Source: Nemertoderma westbladi
Taxonomy: Eukaryota > Animalia > Xenacoelomorpha
Length of the DNA stretch: 64,000 nucleotides
Direction of reading: 5' to 3'
Assembly: GCA_032718475.1 (NCBI GenBank)
Contig: JAUCBJ010007680.1
Span: 1-64,000, forward strand
Shown: piece after piece, positions 1-10,842 of the stretch
Position numbering within the stretch: the stretch's first letter is position 1
Layout: the number at the start of each line of letters is the position of its first letter
Notes under the pieces: generated by a model
Told to the model about the DNA's origin: nothing
The model's input: only the letters and a program-made list of their open reading frames with translations
Database searches by the model: none
Translations under genes and position numbers: made by a program

Positions 1-713
1 GTTAGTATTCAATTTTATAATAAACTCCCTTGAGTGCGGTTATTTATCTTACAGGATTGGAATTTCGAATATATAAGATTCTAGATTTAAAATGAACTAC
101 TGTATAATAGTAAAAAAGCTATTTGGCAAAAATAGAAAAAATCGCCCATTTTAGTACAGATTAATAAAGATATTTACTGATAGCTCTATTATTATTAATA
201 TAATTAACTGATAGCTAACGGCTAGGCTACAAATTCCGCACAGGGGAAAAGTGCTGGCGACCAAATTATATCTGTAGGCCCCTACTTGTATGTAAATTGG
301 GCCAAAATAGTGTAGACCCTGACCATTATAAACACTGCTCTAAAATAACGAGTTTTGGTTCGTCACTTAGAACTAACTGCATTGCACCTTTACTTGATTT
401 GAAACAACTACAATCAGTAATTTTATTTCAGTAATTTTATATTTCATTCTATCCAGCTTTTATATAGAAACTCTAACGTAATTATAATTGTGTATCCTAC
501 TGTTTATTGTGAACGAATACTATTTTATTTATTTTATTATTTTACCCATGTGGCATAATATATTTAACGATTATCAATAGAGACATTTAGTGATCATTTT
601 AAACTTCTTTGTAGATGATTGAAGTTGATTGTTAGTAATTATCATACAAGAATCAGTAAGTATAGGTCAATAAGTTATCGGTGGTCTAGCATTAGGCTCT
701 CAAAATTTTCTTG

Positions 714-2814
714 TTAATTATTGTTATTTGGTGTGACAGTTTTTTTATGATGTAGCCACGATATTCCATAAAATATTAGTGATACAAATTGATCAATAAT
801 TTCAATAATCCCAACCAATGACATGCCAAGAAACAACCCAAGACTACCTCCAATCTGACTCACTATATCCTGGAAACTATATCGGTACTTCTCATCAACT
901 TCAGTGACATCCATTGATTCGATAAATATATCAGTTTCTGCAAACCTCATTCTTAAAAGGTTGCCAGCAGCTTCAGCAAATGGTTCACTTTGATGGTAGC
1001 AGATTCCTGCCATATAACATTTGTTAAAGTAAATTTTGTCAACTTCATCTGCATTAAATATATCTTCGATGTGAAGTGCCTTTAGCAAAGTGTCATATAG
1101 TTCGTGTTGGGTTAATTTATCTTTCAGTTCAAAGAGACTGAATACAGCATGAGCAGGATTAGCTAACCATTTAGACTTCTGTATGTTGGTGTAGAAACTA
1201 TGTTGTTTGCATTCTGGAAAACAGGCGAGACAGTGATCAAACCCACCTTGGCTATAATTCAGTTTAACTTCTTCAATACAATGTTCTGATGGATATTCAA
1301 AATCCTTTCCACTGCACAAGGATAGATTGGAGTGATAAACATCAATACATCCACATACCCGACTGATTTCATGTAAAAGGCAGTATTGCAGGCATTTCGC
1401 TTGTGTATATTTATAACCCTCTTCTGGACTAATCTGTATACCATCTAGAGCATCCCATGTATTAATGCATTCACCTTTACTAACTAATCGTTGATTATGA
1501 GACACTTGCAGTCCCATTGAAACACTTTCTCCTCTTCCAATAATTGTCATCTTCTCATTTAGCTCTGGCTGCGTACCTGCTTCGTGTATTGCAACGACTA
1601 TTCCATCATGTTGATGTTGACCGACACCCCAAAAGGCCGAACTTCCAGAATCAAATATTTCATCTCTCAGATATCCGTCGCTATCATCATCGTTGTTTAC
1701 ATGATCAACAAACTTAAAAAGCAAATGAAGGCCGTAGGTTTTCCCAGAGAATGATGTATTCTTTAAAATGAAATCTTTAACTCCAGAATTATATGTAAAA
1801 CAGTTACCATAATCCACATCCATAAAACTATGAAAGTCTGTTTCTCCACAATGTTGTCCATTGAATGAGCACTTCGCAACTAGATCATTATACCTGTATC
1901 CATACTTTTTGATAATTAATTTCCTTTGAAAATTGATAAACATAATGTGTGTTGATATTTTCATCTTTGTGTATTGAGTTGATGGTCATTTGCTTAACAA
2001 ATCCGGTTCGACTATCTATGAAATATTCCATTTTTTTGTAACAACCAGAATCAATGCTAGGGTAGCATGGGATAGGCGTTCTTTCAATTTGTTCCTCATT
2101 TTCAACGTTTACCAAAATTTTCAAACACGAAAAGTCAGACCCGAAAACGGCTTGGCATTTGTGGCAGACAAATTGATTATTTCTTCCCTTTCTACATTGG
2201 AAGTTATGTTGTACGTTAATTCGTATCATATTAGTATCAACCCGAGATTCATTACAGTGTACAATATTGTCCTCATCATATCCCACATATGAACACTGCT
2301 TGCACCCTTTTAAGTAACACAAAGTATTCTCTGTAGCATTACCAACAGCGCAGGTCTGTAATGGAAAGTCGCAGTTTCCTCCCCTCATTTTAGCCCAGAC
2401 ATCTTCCATCATATGGTACCATAAGGCGAGTTCCCTTTTGTCTGTGTACATGGAAGGGATGCTACCAGTAGCGTGTTCCTTTGGAAATTCTTCTTTGAAA
2501 TAATCTCTTTTAACTTTTCGTGTTGAACAAATAGTGACTGCAGGGAATGTCACATGTGTTTTGTACACCCTTGTTGTAGATACAATGGTAGGATATTGAA
2601 AGTAATCTTTAAGAAGATAACCCGATTGTATGAAGCATAGGAAGATCATGGTTATTACAATGAGTACCCAGAAAAGTTTTTTGGTTGCAACTTTTGTATT
2701 AGCAATATTGTCCAAACCATGAATACTTTTTGTTGTCCACAAAATATTGGCCAAATACTTTGACATATCAGGACCAGATTTGTCCAATTTCATGGAAATA
2801 GTTTCAGTAGCCAT
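714..2814 (-). CDS. DEG/ENaC/ASIC-family amiloride-sensitive channel subunit, intronless, split by one frameshift near 1890-1960
   Basis: ORF 1888..2814 has the N-terminal HG motif (SIHGL), TM1 and FPAVTIC. ORF 714..1964 has CSFNG..C, YGNCFTYN, a Cys-rich thumb and TM2 IGGSLGLFLGMSLVGIIEII (GxS filter). Removing one base from the T5 run at 1906-1910 joins the two as INYQKYGYRYNDL. Confidence 0.9.
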
Positions 2815-5784
2815 GATAGTGTAGTTTTAATAATCTTGATATTGGCCTAGCATTGGCCGAGATTTAGCAACCGTATTGCAATGTGCAATAGGATTATTCA
2901 AACCTTCAGTATGTTACATACAGTAGGCCTACACACACATACACATTGTAAGAATGTATGTATGTACGTACTAGGTACAGTATGCAATTTAAAATTAAAT
3001 ATTATTTAACTACAGTACACAACATCAACTCTTGTACAATTAATTATTAATGTACCGTATTCTATTTTTAATTTTAAACTATTATTAATATATTTATATG
3101 TCTACCCTATTCTGTATAATACTGTTAAAATTACGGCTTGACGGAAATCGCTGGGGGCGTGGCCGCCTGTAACACCTTTGGTAAATTACATTTTGTTGAA
3201 TAATACTTTATTTATGCTATTGAGTATTGTTTATTGTTTTGGTCAGCAAACAATCACTTTTACCTGAAAGGTCTACACGCTAACGCAAACACATTGTTTT
3301 TTCGTTATTTGATAATTCTGGTAATCATACATATGTACACTTCGGCCGAAACGATAGTTTCTAACAATTCGGTGAAGTAAGAAATCTCGATTGTAACCCT
3401 TTACTTTACTTTTAATTTGACGTTTCATTTGTGCGCATTTATAAATACAGTAAAAAAAGTAATTTATTTTATTGTACTTAAAAGGGGTTCTGAGATAATT
3501 CGAAGCGGAGGTTTGAAGAACTATAATCGTAAAAAAAAAACTATATGGCTGTTTGTCCGGCGCTCTTTTTATTGAGATGTTAATCAAATATTATAATTCA
3601 GTCGTAATTTAGTCAGTCTTAACTTATGCTGGGAAATGCTACTGTCCAAGGCTATTTATTACTCTATTATACCTCCAATTGGTCCGAGAAACCTTCAACA
3701 AAACCAGGTTAAGATTATGGCAGCTGTAACTTCACAGATTACGTTAAATTATTTAGTTCAATTCCCGCAACTTATCTCAACACCGTTTGGTTAGTCAACA
3801 ATAGAGAATAATAATAACTCTTAGGTGGACAATTATGGAACTAAAATTATCTCATCAATAAGTGAGAACTTTCTTTACCAACTTAAAGAAAGATGGCCAA
3901 CCCGCTTTCGTGCCAACCAAATGCCATAATATTAATTGGACTTGATTGTCGATTATGACGTATGAGGGACATACACATAATGTTGACTACCTTGCCCTCT
4001 AGGTGCCAGTCATCATGTACAGTGCTTGACTTCTACTGTATGTTGTTCTCCGAATAACAAAGTCAGTTCGCCAGATCTTTTCAAAGGCTAATTATTCGTC
4101 CAGAATTAAATGTTCATGACAGCCTCCATATTACATTACGAGATTACAAACCTCAAAGTCCCTCTCCCATTCCTGCCTAAACTAATGATTTCACGCGAGT
4201 CCCATATTCCTATATTATACGAACTATATTTTGTAACAACTCGAACTCGAAGTTTGTTTATTGCGAAGGCAAAGTGTGAATATTAGCATAAAGTAGCCCT
4301 GATTGTCTCAACAAAACCAATTGAATTCTGCAAGTTTTTAATCAAAAACTCGCCTATTCAGGCCCAAACCCCAATTTAATCAGTCACAAATCCTAACCCA
4401 AAATAATGGAAAAAAGAAATTAAAAGAAAAGAAAAAGAAAATAACTCGCCGAAGTTCAGATTCACTATTCACAATAGGGTTGGTGCGCGAAAAAGTTGTT
4501 GGTCTAGAAACAATCGAAAAAGGAGTAACAAGGTGCCCTGAATCGAGTGGCGGATATGTTTTTTTGTAAAAACACGTAGAAACGGTCGAAATGGCGTGGC
4601 GGGTTTAAAATCGGCTGTGATTGTCTGCTGCATATTTGACGTCAGTACGCTGTGATCGGATAATTTTTTATCTTGGTTTCTATGGAGAGAGATTTTCAAT
4701 CGATTCAAATACACATTAAATCACAATCATTTCACACGTGGCTTATATCAATTGAAAGCGGAGAGTCTTCGACACTAACCTCAGATGTCCCAATGTTTGT
4801 TGCTAAACCGATGGAAAGGTGGCGTTGCAAGGATTCCAAATCGGTAAAGAAAAAAGTTTTTATTTTCAATGATGTTAAAATCAAAACGATGAGAAATAAA
4901 AGATGAGCTTTCGAATTTGGCAACTTTAATAGATTTTTGTTATTTATTGTGTTCTAGAATATTTGGCAAATAAATATAAACGGCATGCAGCTGATTCTTA
5001 TGCAATTGAATATCGTTTCTACATACACAAGTAATATATTCTTATTTCTCTCATAATAATTTTTAATATTATTTATTATTCATATATTTTTCCTATATGA
5101 ACCACTAACATTTTGGTTCTATTAATTAGTTTAATTACTTATAATGAAGTTTGAGCTAAGATTCGAATGGCGGAAGTATAACAATGTAATGTTTCAATTG
5201 TTATTGGGGCCGTGAGGCCATTACGAAAGTTAGTCTCCATACTAGCAATAGAGACGGCTTTGTACAGAGGGGCGGATTATTATTGGCCCCAGTAACATTA
5301 TTGTAAATTCCCTCTCGTATGTTTTTTTATGCCATAATTATGGGGATCATTTCTATAGTAATGGTTTAAGTTATTGTAGTTGGCCCCAGTAAATTATATA
5401 TAAATTCACCTCCATTGATATTAAATATAATTTAATTTCTGTTTCTGCCAATATTTAACTGATTATATTAAAGGCTTATAAAACTGAAGGATTTGGTTAG
5501 CGGTTTGGCGGGGTAAAATTCCCCTTCCATGTTGTAGTACTGTAGAGTTATACAACAAAACAATATTCCCTCATATTTAAGTTCATTCAGTTACAGTACA
5601 AGTTATGATTTATTAATAATTATTGTAAAGTTAGACTACAGGACTGCAGGACTACGACTGTTAGACTACAGGTTACTGTTACTGTTAGACTACAGGACTT
5701 GTTATCTATCATAATTCAAAAAACTAGCGAAACATATTTTAGTATCAACCAATTTTATATTTTTAAAGACTACTAGTTTAATTT

Positions 5785-6163
5785 GGTCTCAGGAATTCTT
5801 AGCCCGCGAGTATTCTTAGCCCGCGAGTATTCTTAGCCCGCGAGTATTCTTAGCCCGCGAGTATTCTTAGCCCGCGAGTATTCTCAGTCCGTGGGTATTC
5901 TTAGCCCGCAAAACAATAACGTTTATTGTTTTGGTTCCCCCAATACGCTTCTGAAACCTGCTCCTTTACTAACCTGCTCCTTTAATTTTGCTAAGAATTC
6001 TCGCGGGCTAAGAATACCCACGGGCTAAAGAATACTCGCGGGCTAAGGATACTCACGGGCTAAGAATACCAGCTGGGCTAAGAATACTCGCGGGCTAAGG
6101 ATACTCACGGGCTAAGAATACCCGCGGGCTAAGAATACTCGCGGGCTAAGAACTCACCCAACC
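5785..6163. mobile_element. Foldback MITE (MULE-like) with inverted arrays of a 17-bp subterminal repeat
   Basis: ATTCTTAGCCCGCGAGT is tandem at ~5795-5910 and its reverse complement is tandem at ~5990-6155. Ends are GG...CC, flanked by GTTTAATT(T/A) direct repeats at 5776-5784 and 6164-6172. Confidence 0.65.
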
Positions 6164-6241
6164 GTTTAATTAAGCTATATCTTTGCCACTGTGTACTAAA
6201 CTGTATCTGATCAATCAGCCATTAATTAACTAATCTACATC

Positions 6242-7276
6242 ATGGATCAACAAAGCGGATATATCAATTCAGCAATCCGACTAGAAGAATATCCAGGGAC
6301 CCCGGAAAGTGTCTATGAAGTTATTCCAGAGAACGTGATCCCTTCTAATCCGTCACAGAATATTGAATGTGACAATAAATCAGTTACTAGGAGCCGAGTT
6401 GTTTCGGTTAGAAGATGGTGGGTTGTTGTTGTGGTTGTGGTTGCGTTGGGGGTGGGTGCGGCACTGGCAACATTGTTTGTTATGCAGTCAAAATATAATG
6501 AGGAAATGAAAAAACAGATTACAAATCAAAATAATAATGTTGTGGAAAGTTTTGCGAAAATGGATGAAAATTTTGGGAAAATGGATGAAAGTATTGGTGA
6601 TCTATCGGACAGATATAACAACTTAGAGAATATGTTGGAGGAGCTTCAAACTGAATTGCTTTGTTTAAATACACAAGTAGATTCCATTGCCTTTGTCAGC
6701 CATAATACTAATGGACTAAATGGTGTCATTAGATGCGACAACTCAGTCCCTAGAGGACCTTGGTTAGTCATTCAGAGGCGGGTAGACGGGTCGGAAGACT
6801 TTTATCTAGGATGGACCAGTTATGTCTCCGGCTTTGGTGATGTCGGGAGGGAGTTTTTTCTCGGTTTAGATAATATTCACAAACTCACCAAAGCCGGAGT
6901 CCAACTGAGGATCGATCTTTGGTACCGAGACGAACACAAGTACGCCGTGTATACTAACTTCAGTATCGGTGACTCTAATAATAACTACACACTACAGATA
7001 TCTGGGTACAGCGGTACAGCTGGTGACTCGATCATTTATGAGAGTCCTGTTAAGAGTTACTACCTCAACGGATCCGCTTTCTCCACATATGACCGAGATA
7101 ATGACGAGTGGCCTGGGGTAAACTGCGCCGCCAAAAACAACGGGAGTTGGTGGTATCGGGACTGTGCCGTCTCCAACCTAAATGGCGTCTACGGTAGAGA
7201 GGGTATCTATTGGTATACATTTAATAACCGCTGGGCACCCATGGATAAAGTGGAGATGAAGATACGAGATCAGTGA
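6242..7276 (+). CDS. Type II transmembrane fibrinogen-related domain protein (FIBCD1/ficolin-like architecture), intronless
   Basis: Cytoplasmic N-terminus, TM (WWVVVVVVVALGVGAALATLFV), coiled-coil stalk, then FReD motifs WLVIQRRVDGSEDF, GFGD..REFFLGLDNIH, FSTYDRDND, WWY..C..SNLNG. Confidence 0.92.
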   Translation: MDQQSGYINSAIRLEEYPGTPESVYEVIPENVIPSNPSQNIECDNKSVTRSRVVSVRRWWVVVVVVVALGVGAALATLFVMQSKYNEEMKKQITNQNNNVVESFAKMDENFGKMDESIGDLSDRYNNLENMLEELQTELLCLNTQVDSIAFVSHNTNGLNGVIRCDNSVPRGPWLVIQRRVDGSEDFYLGWTSYVSGFGDVGREFFLGLDNIHKLTKAGVQLRIDLWYRDEHKYAVYTNFSIGDSNNNYTLQISGYSGTAGDSIIYESPVKSYYLNGSAFSTYDRDNDEWPGVNCAAKNNGSWWYRDCAVSNLNGVYGREGIYWYTFNNRWAPMDKVEMKIRDQ

Positions 7277-7342
7277 ATCTGTAAACCTTAACTATTAACT
7301 ATGTAATTCGGGTGTTTAGAATTTTGTTTATTAGCTATATAA

Positions 7343-8538
7343 TTTTACTGTAGTTATAGACAATAATAAAATCACGTTATAAATAATTGCACTGAATTTT
7401 GAAGAAATATAATTAAATTTTGAAAAAATAAATAGAAATTAAAGACATATTATTGCTTTTTTTGATTATTTGATGAACATTGTGTCAATAATAATCTACC
7501 TTTCCTTGACGTCTTAATCCACCAAAATCCAAATAGTTTCAATTTTGAAACTAGTATTTATAGAAAACCTACCTATACTGGTTTGTACACTAATTATGAC
7601 AGTTTCATGCCGTGCAATTATAAATTTGGTTTGGTTTATACTCTTATAAGTAGATTGTTTTATATTTCATCTAGTTATCTTACTTTCCATTCCAGTCTGG
7701 TTGATCTCTGCACCACCTTGCGCTCCAATGGCTACCCCAAGTCACTTATGGACTCTGTCACCAATCTCTTTCTCTCTAGACTAAATAACCACCCTCTTGC
7801 CAACTCCCAGTCTGTTCCAAAACGCCCCGTGATGATATGCCTTCCTTTTTTCTTTCACGGCATTCTTATTAAGAATCGCCTATTACGTTTATTTCGATGC
7901 TTCCCCCATATTGAACTCAAAATAGTCTTCCAAAATAGCTGTAGGTTGTCCTCCCTCTTTCCCTATAAAGACTGCGCCCCCCTCCTCATGCGTTCCGGAG
8001 TCGTCTATAAATACAACTGTGGAAGCTGCCCAGCCTCCTACATTGGCCGTACCATACGACACCTTGGGAAACGCATTGAGGAGCACACTGGTAAGACCTA
8101 CCGGACGGGTAGGTTCTCTGTCCCTAAAGATTCCGCCATTTTTGACCATTCTATTTCCTGTGACCACCCCATTCTTACCTGATAATTTCAAAATTCTCGC
8201 AACTGGCAAAGATATTCTAGAACTCAATATTAAAGAAACACTTTACATCCGTTCGCTAAGCCCCTCCCTTAATGACCACACCACGTCCATTGAACTACTT
8301 CTACTTTAGTTATTCCACCCCCCCCCCCTCCCCTTCACGAACTGCTCTTGTCCAAGTCCCCCCCCCCCCCCCACCTTTCATATTAGTCTAACATTTCTGT
8401 TCAATATTTTATCGTATTTACCGCAATAATATGTCTTTCATTTCTATTTATTTTTTCAAAATTTAATTATATTTCTTCAACATTCAGTGCAATTATTTAT
8501 AACGTGATTTTATTACTCTGTCTATAACTACAGTAAAA
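7343..8538 (+). mobile_element. 5'-truncated Penelope-like retroelement (RT C-terminus + GIY-YIG endonuclease) with inverted terminal duplication
   Basis: From ~7475 the frame reads LPFLDVLI..TSIYRKPTYTG.Y.N..S, then NGYP and GVVYKYNCGSCPASYIGRT.R.L..RI.EH. A frameshift near 8170 leads to FKIL..E.L.I..L.P.LN. 7343-7456 is the reverse complement of 8423-8538. Confidence 0.88.
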
Positions 8539-9022
8539 CCGGTAGCCTACCTACAGCTACCATAAGCAGACTGTGTGGTATGTGTGTAATTATTGTGTTT
8601 TCCATTATAGTCTATATAATTTAGTTATTCAGTTTTTGATTAGATTATCAATATTTTGTTGTTATTATTCTAAATAACTTAGTGAATATGGTATAAATTA
8701 TATTATAAGAATGGATGCGCATACTTTCATCAAAGTTTTGATTCTGGATTGAAAATTAACAAAATTTAAATCTACAGTAGTTAGATTTGATACACTAATT
8801 AATTTACGAGGCAAAACTTATTAAAAAATAATTAAAGATCGCATATTATTTAATTTACTTAACCTACAAATAAATCAATAAACTCATGTTATTGGTAACA
8901 TGTTAAAATCATGAAGTAATATATTAAATATTTTAGGCGTGGAGGCGACCCAATTTGTAAGAAATATAAAACTTACCTTATGCCGATAGTATTGATACTG
9001 AGATATTAATTTATCGATCTTA

Positions 9023-9097
9023 GGACAATTGCGACCTGGACAATTGCGACCCGGACAATTGCGACCCGGGCAATTGCGACCCGGACAATTGCGACAC
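9023..9097. repeat. Five copies of a 15-bp repeat GGACAATTGCGACCC, probably a single MITE arm
   Basis: Tandem copies are directly visible; they generate the spurious RNCPG ORF 8884..9099. Confidence 0.8.
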
Positions 9098-9267
9098 ATT
9101 ACAATTAAGTAAACAATCCAAAAATATGTAAAACACTCGCGCGTGTAAAATGAAAAGTTTTTCAGTATATCGGTTGTTATGAAACAATAAATTAAAAATG
9201 AATAGACAAATCCATCATATCATGGATATTACGAGACAGGCCAAGGTATAATCCGACTAGAGTAGGC

Positions 9268-10665
9268 CTATGATATCAAATATTTCGCGATCAACCTATC
9301 AGTCAGACCGCTATTTGATTTGTCCATCTTTCTCTCCATCAATAACCGCTTCCCTTTTGCGAAATCCATCTCGCGATCAGATCTCATGAGACTGTGAATT
9401 AACATTTGGTTCCACAAGTCACGCTGAGCGTTACTCCCACCAATCAAGGCGACCTCTTGTCTGATTGGGTACATTAAATCAGCTGCTTTTCCATAATCAT
9501 CTCCGTTGAAGGCGACCGCTGCCTCCTGTAAGGCACATCCAACCTTTCTGTAAACACTCTTTTGAGTTCCTTTCATTTCCTCATGAAGTAATTCCTTAAC
9601 ACTAGTTTTTATTTCAGCTACGGCCGCATCATCTTTGGCGCCAAGAGCAACAAATAAACAATGAAGATCGTTATATACAAGGACATGATCCTCATTGTGA
9701 CTATTAGTTATTCTGTAGAGATGATCCCATCTATCTTCAACATCTAAGCCCTCCATAACCAGACGTTGCAATAGTGAACCCGCATCAATAATATGAAAAC
9801 AACTAGGATCTTTCTTGGTCATGTCCGCTACAATATTATCATATATATCCAAAGCAGCCAAATGTTCATTCAATTCAATATGGTACAGAGCCCAATGCCA
9901 ATAGTTGTGGCAGGATACCATATCGCTTTTGCTCCAGTTAGCAACTGTAGTTGATGCAAATTCCACCCCTTTTTTCTGAAACCCCTGCATTTCATAACAA
10001 TGCAATAGTGCATGAGTTGCCCAACCATCTTCCTTCGAAATCTCTAGGGCTTTCTTAGCCATTGTTTCTGCCTCTGCAAATTTATTTGTTTCTTCCAAAC
10101 CGAAAGCGTACATACCAAGCAGATAGCTGTACATTGGCATTGAAGGTTTCCACAGCGGTATCACACCAGCCACAGAATCGCGAATATTAGTGGACTGACC
10201 CAAATAAAGGTACCCAGTTTGGGCGAGTTTAATAGCTAGTATGTCTGTAGGGCATTCAGTGATTATATCTTCCCATATTTGACACGCTTCGATCATCTTA
10301 TCTTTAGCAAAAGATTCCACAGCTCGAACGTGCATCTTCTGTATAGGTGTCACGTGGTCATTATTCTCTGCAAATTCCACCATTTCCTTTATATCATTTT
10401 GAAAAGCTTCATCTGTTTCGAAACACTTTCCCGTTCCCATAGTTTCGAGTGCATTCACAAGCACTTTACCCATAATGAAATCTGGGTCGGCATTTGTCAT
10501 GGCTTTCAATGTACTCTCAATGCCTCCAATGGAATCCATATTAGACAAAGTTATAAGTTGAGTTAGTGACGCATCAAACATCTTGGCTGCTTCATTACTG
10601 GTTGTACCGAGGTCTACACCGAAAGTATTCCATTCCTGACAGTCTCGCCAATGTCTGACAGACAT
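9268..10665 (-). CDS. TTC38: Tetratricopeptide repeat protein 38, intronless, ~465 aa
   Basis: WRDCQEW..TTSNEAAKMFDASLTQ..GGIE..ADPDFIMG, GMYAFGLEETN, HNYWHWALYHIE and IGGSNAQRD match TTC38. The first ATG is at 10665; the listed 10689 start is TTG. Confidence 0.93.
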   Translation of the reverse strand: MSVRHWRDCQEWNTFGVDLGTTSNEAAKMFDASLTQLITLSNMDSIGGIESTLKAMTNADPDFIMGKVLVNALETMGTGKCFETDEAFQNDIKEMVEFAENNDHVTPIQKMHVRAVESFAKDKMIEACQIWEDIITECPTDILAIKLAQTGYLYLGQSTNIRDSVAGVIPLWKPSMPMYSYLLGMYAFGLEETNKFAEAETMAKKALEISKEDGWATHALLHCYEMQGFQKKGVEFASTTVANWSKSDMVSCHNYWHWALYHIELNEHLAALDIYDNIVADMTKKDPSCFHIIDAGSLLQRLVMEGLDVEDRWDHLYRITNSHNEDHVLVYNDLHCLFVALGAKDDAAVAEIKTSVKELLHEEMKGTQKSVYRKVGCALQEAAVAFNGDDYGKAADLMYPIRQEVALIGGSNAQRDLWNQMLIHSLMRSDREMDFAKGKRLLMERKMDKSNSGLTDRLIAKYLIS

Positions 10666-10842
10666 TTTATTAAATAAGCTAATGACCAACTAGTGATAAG
10701 GGTTTTTATGAACAGCAACTAACTAACAAACAGTCTTAATTAATAATAACCTCAACTTATGAAGAAAGGATGACGAACTACAGTACATAGAGTATCATTT
10801 CAACTTAGTATAATTTGTATACTGTATAGGAATATACTTATC

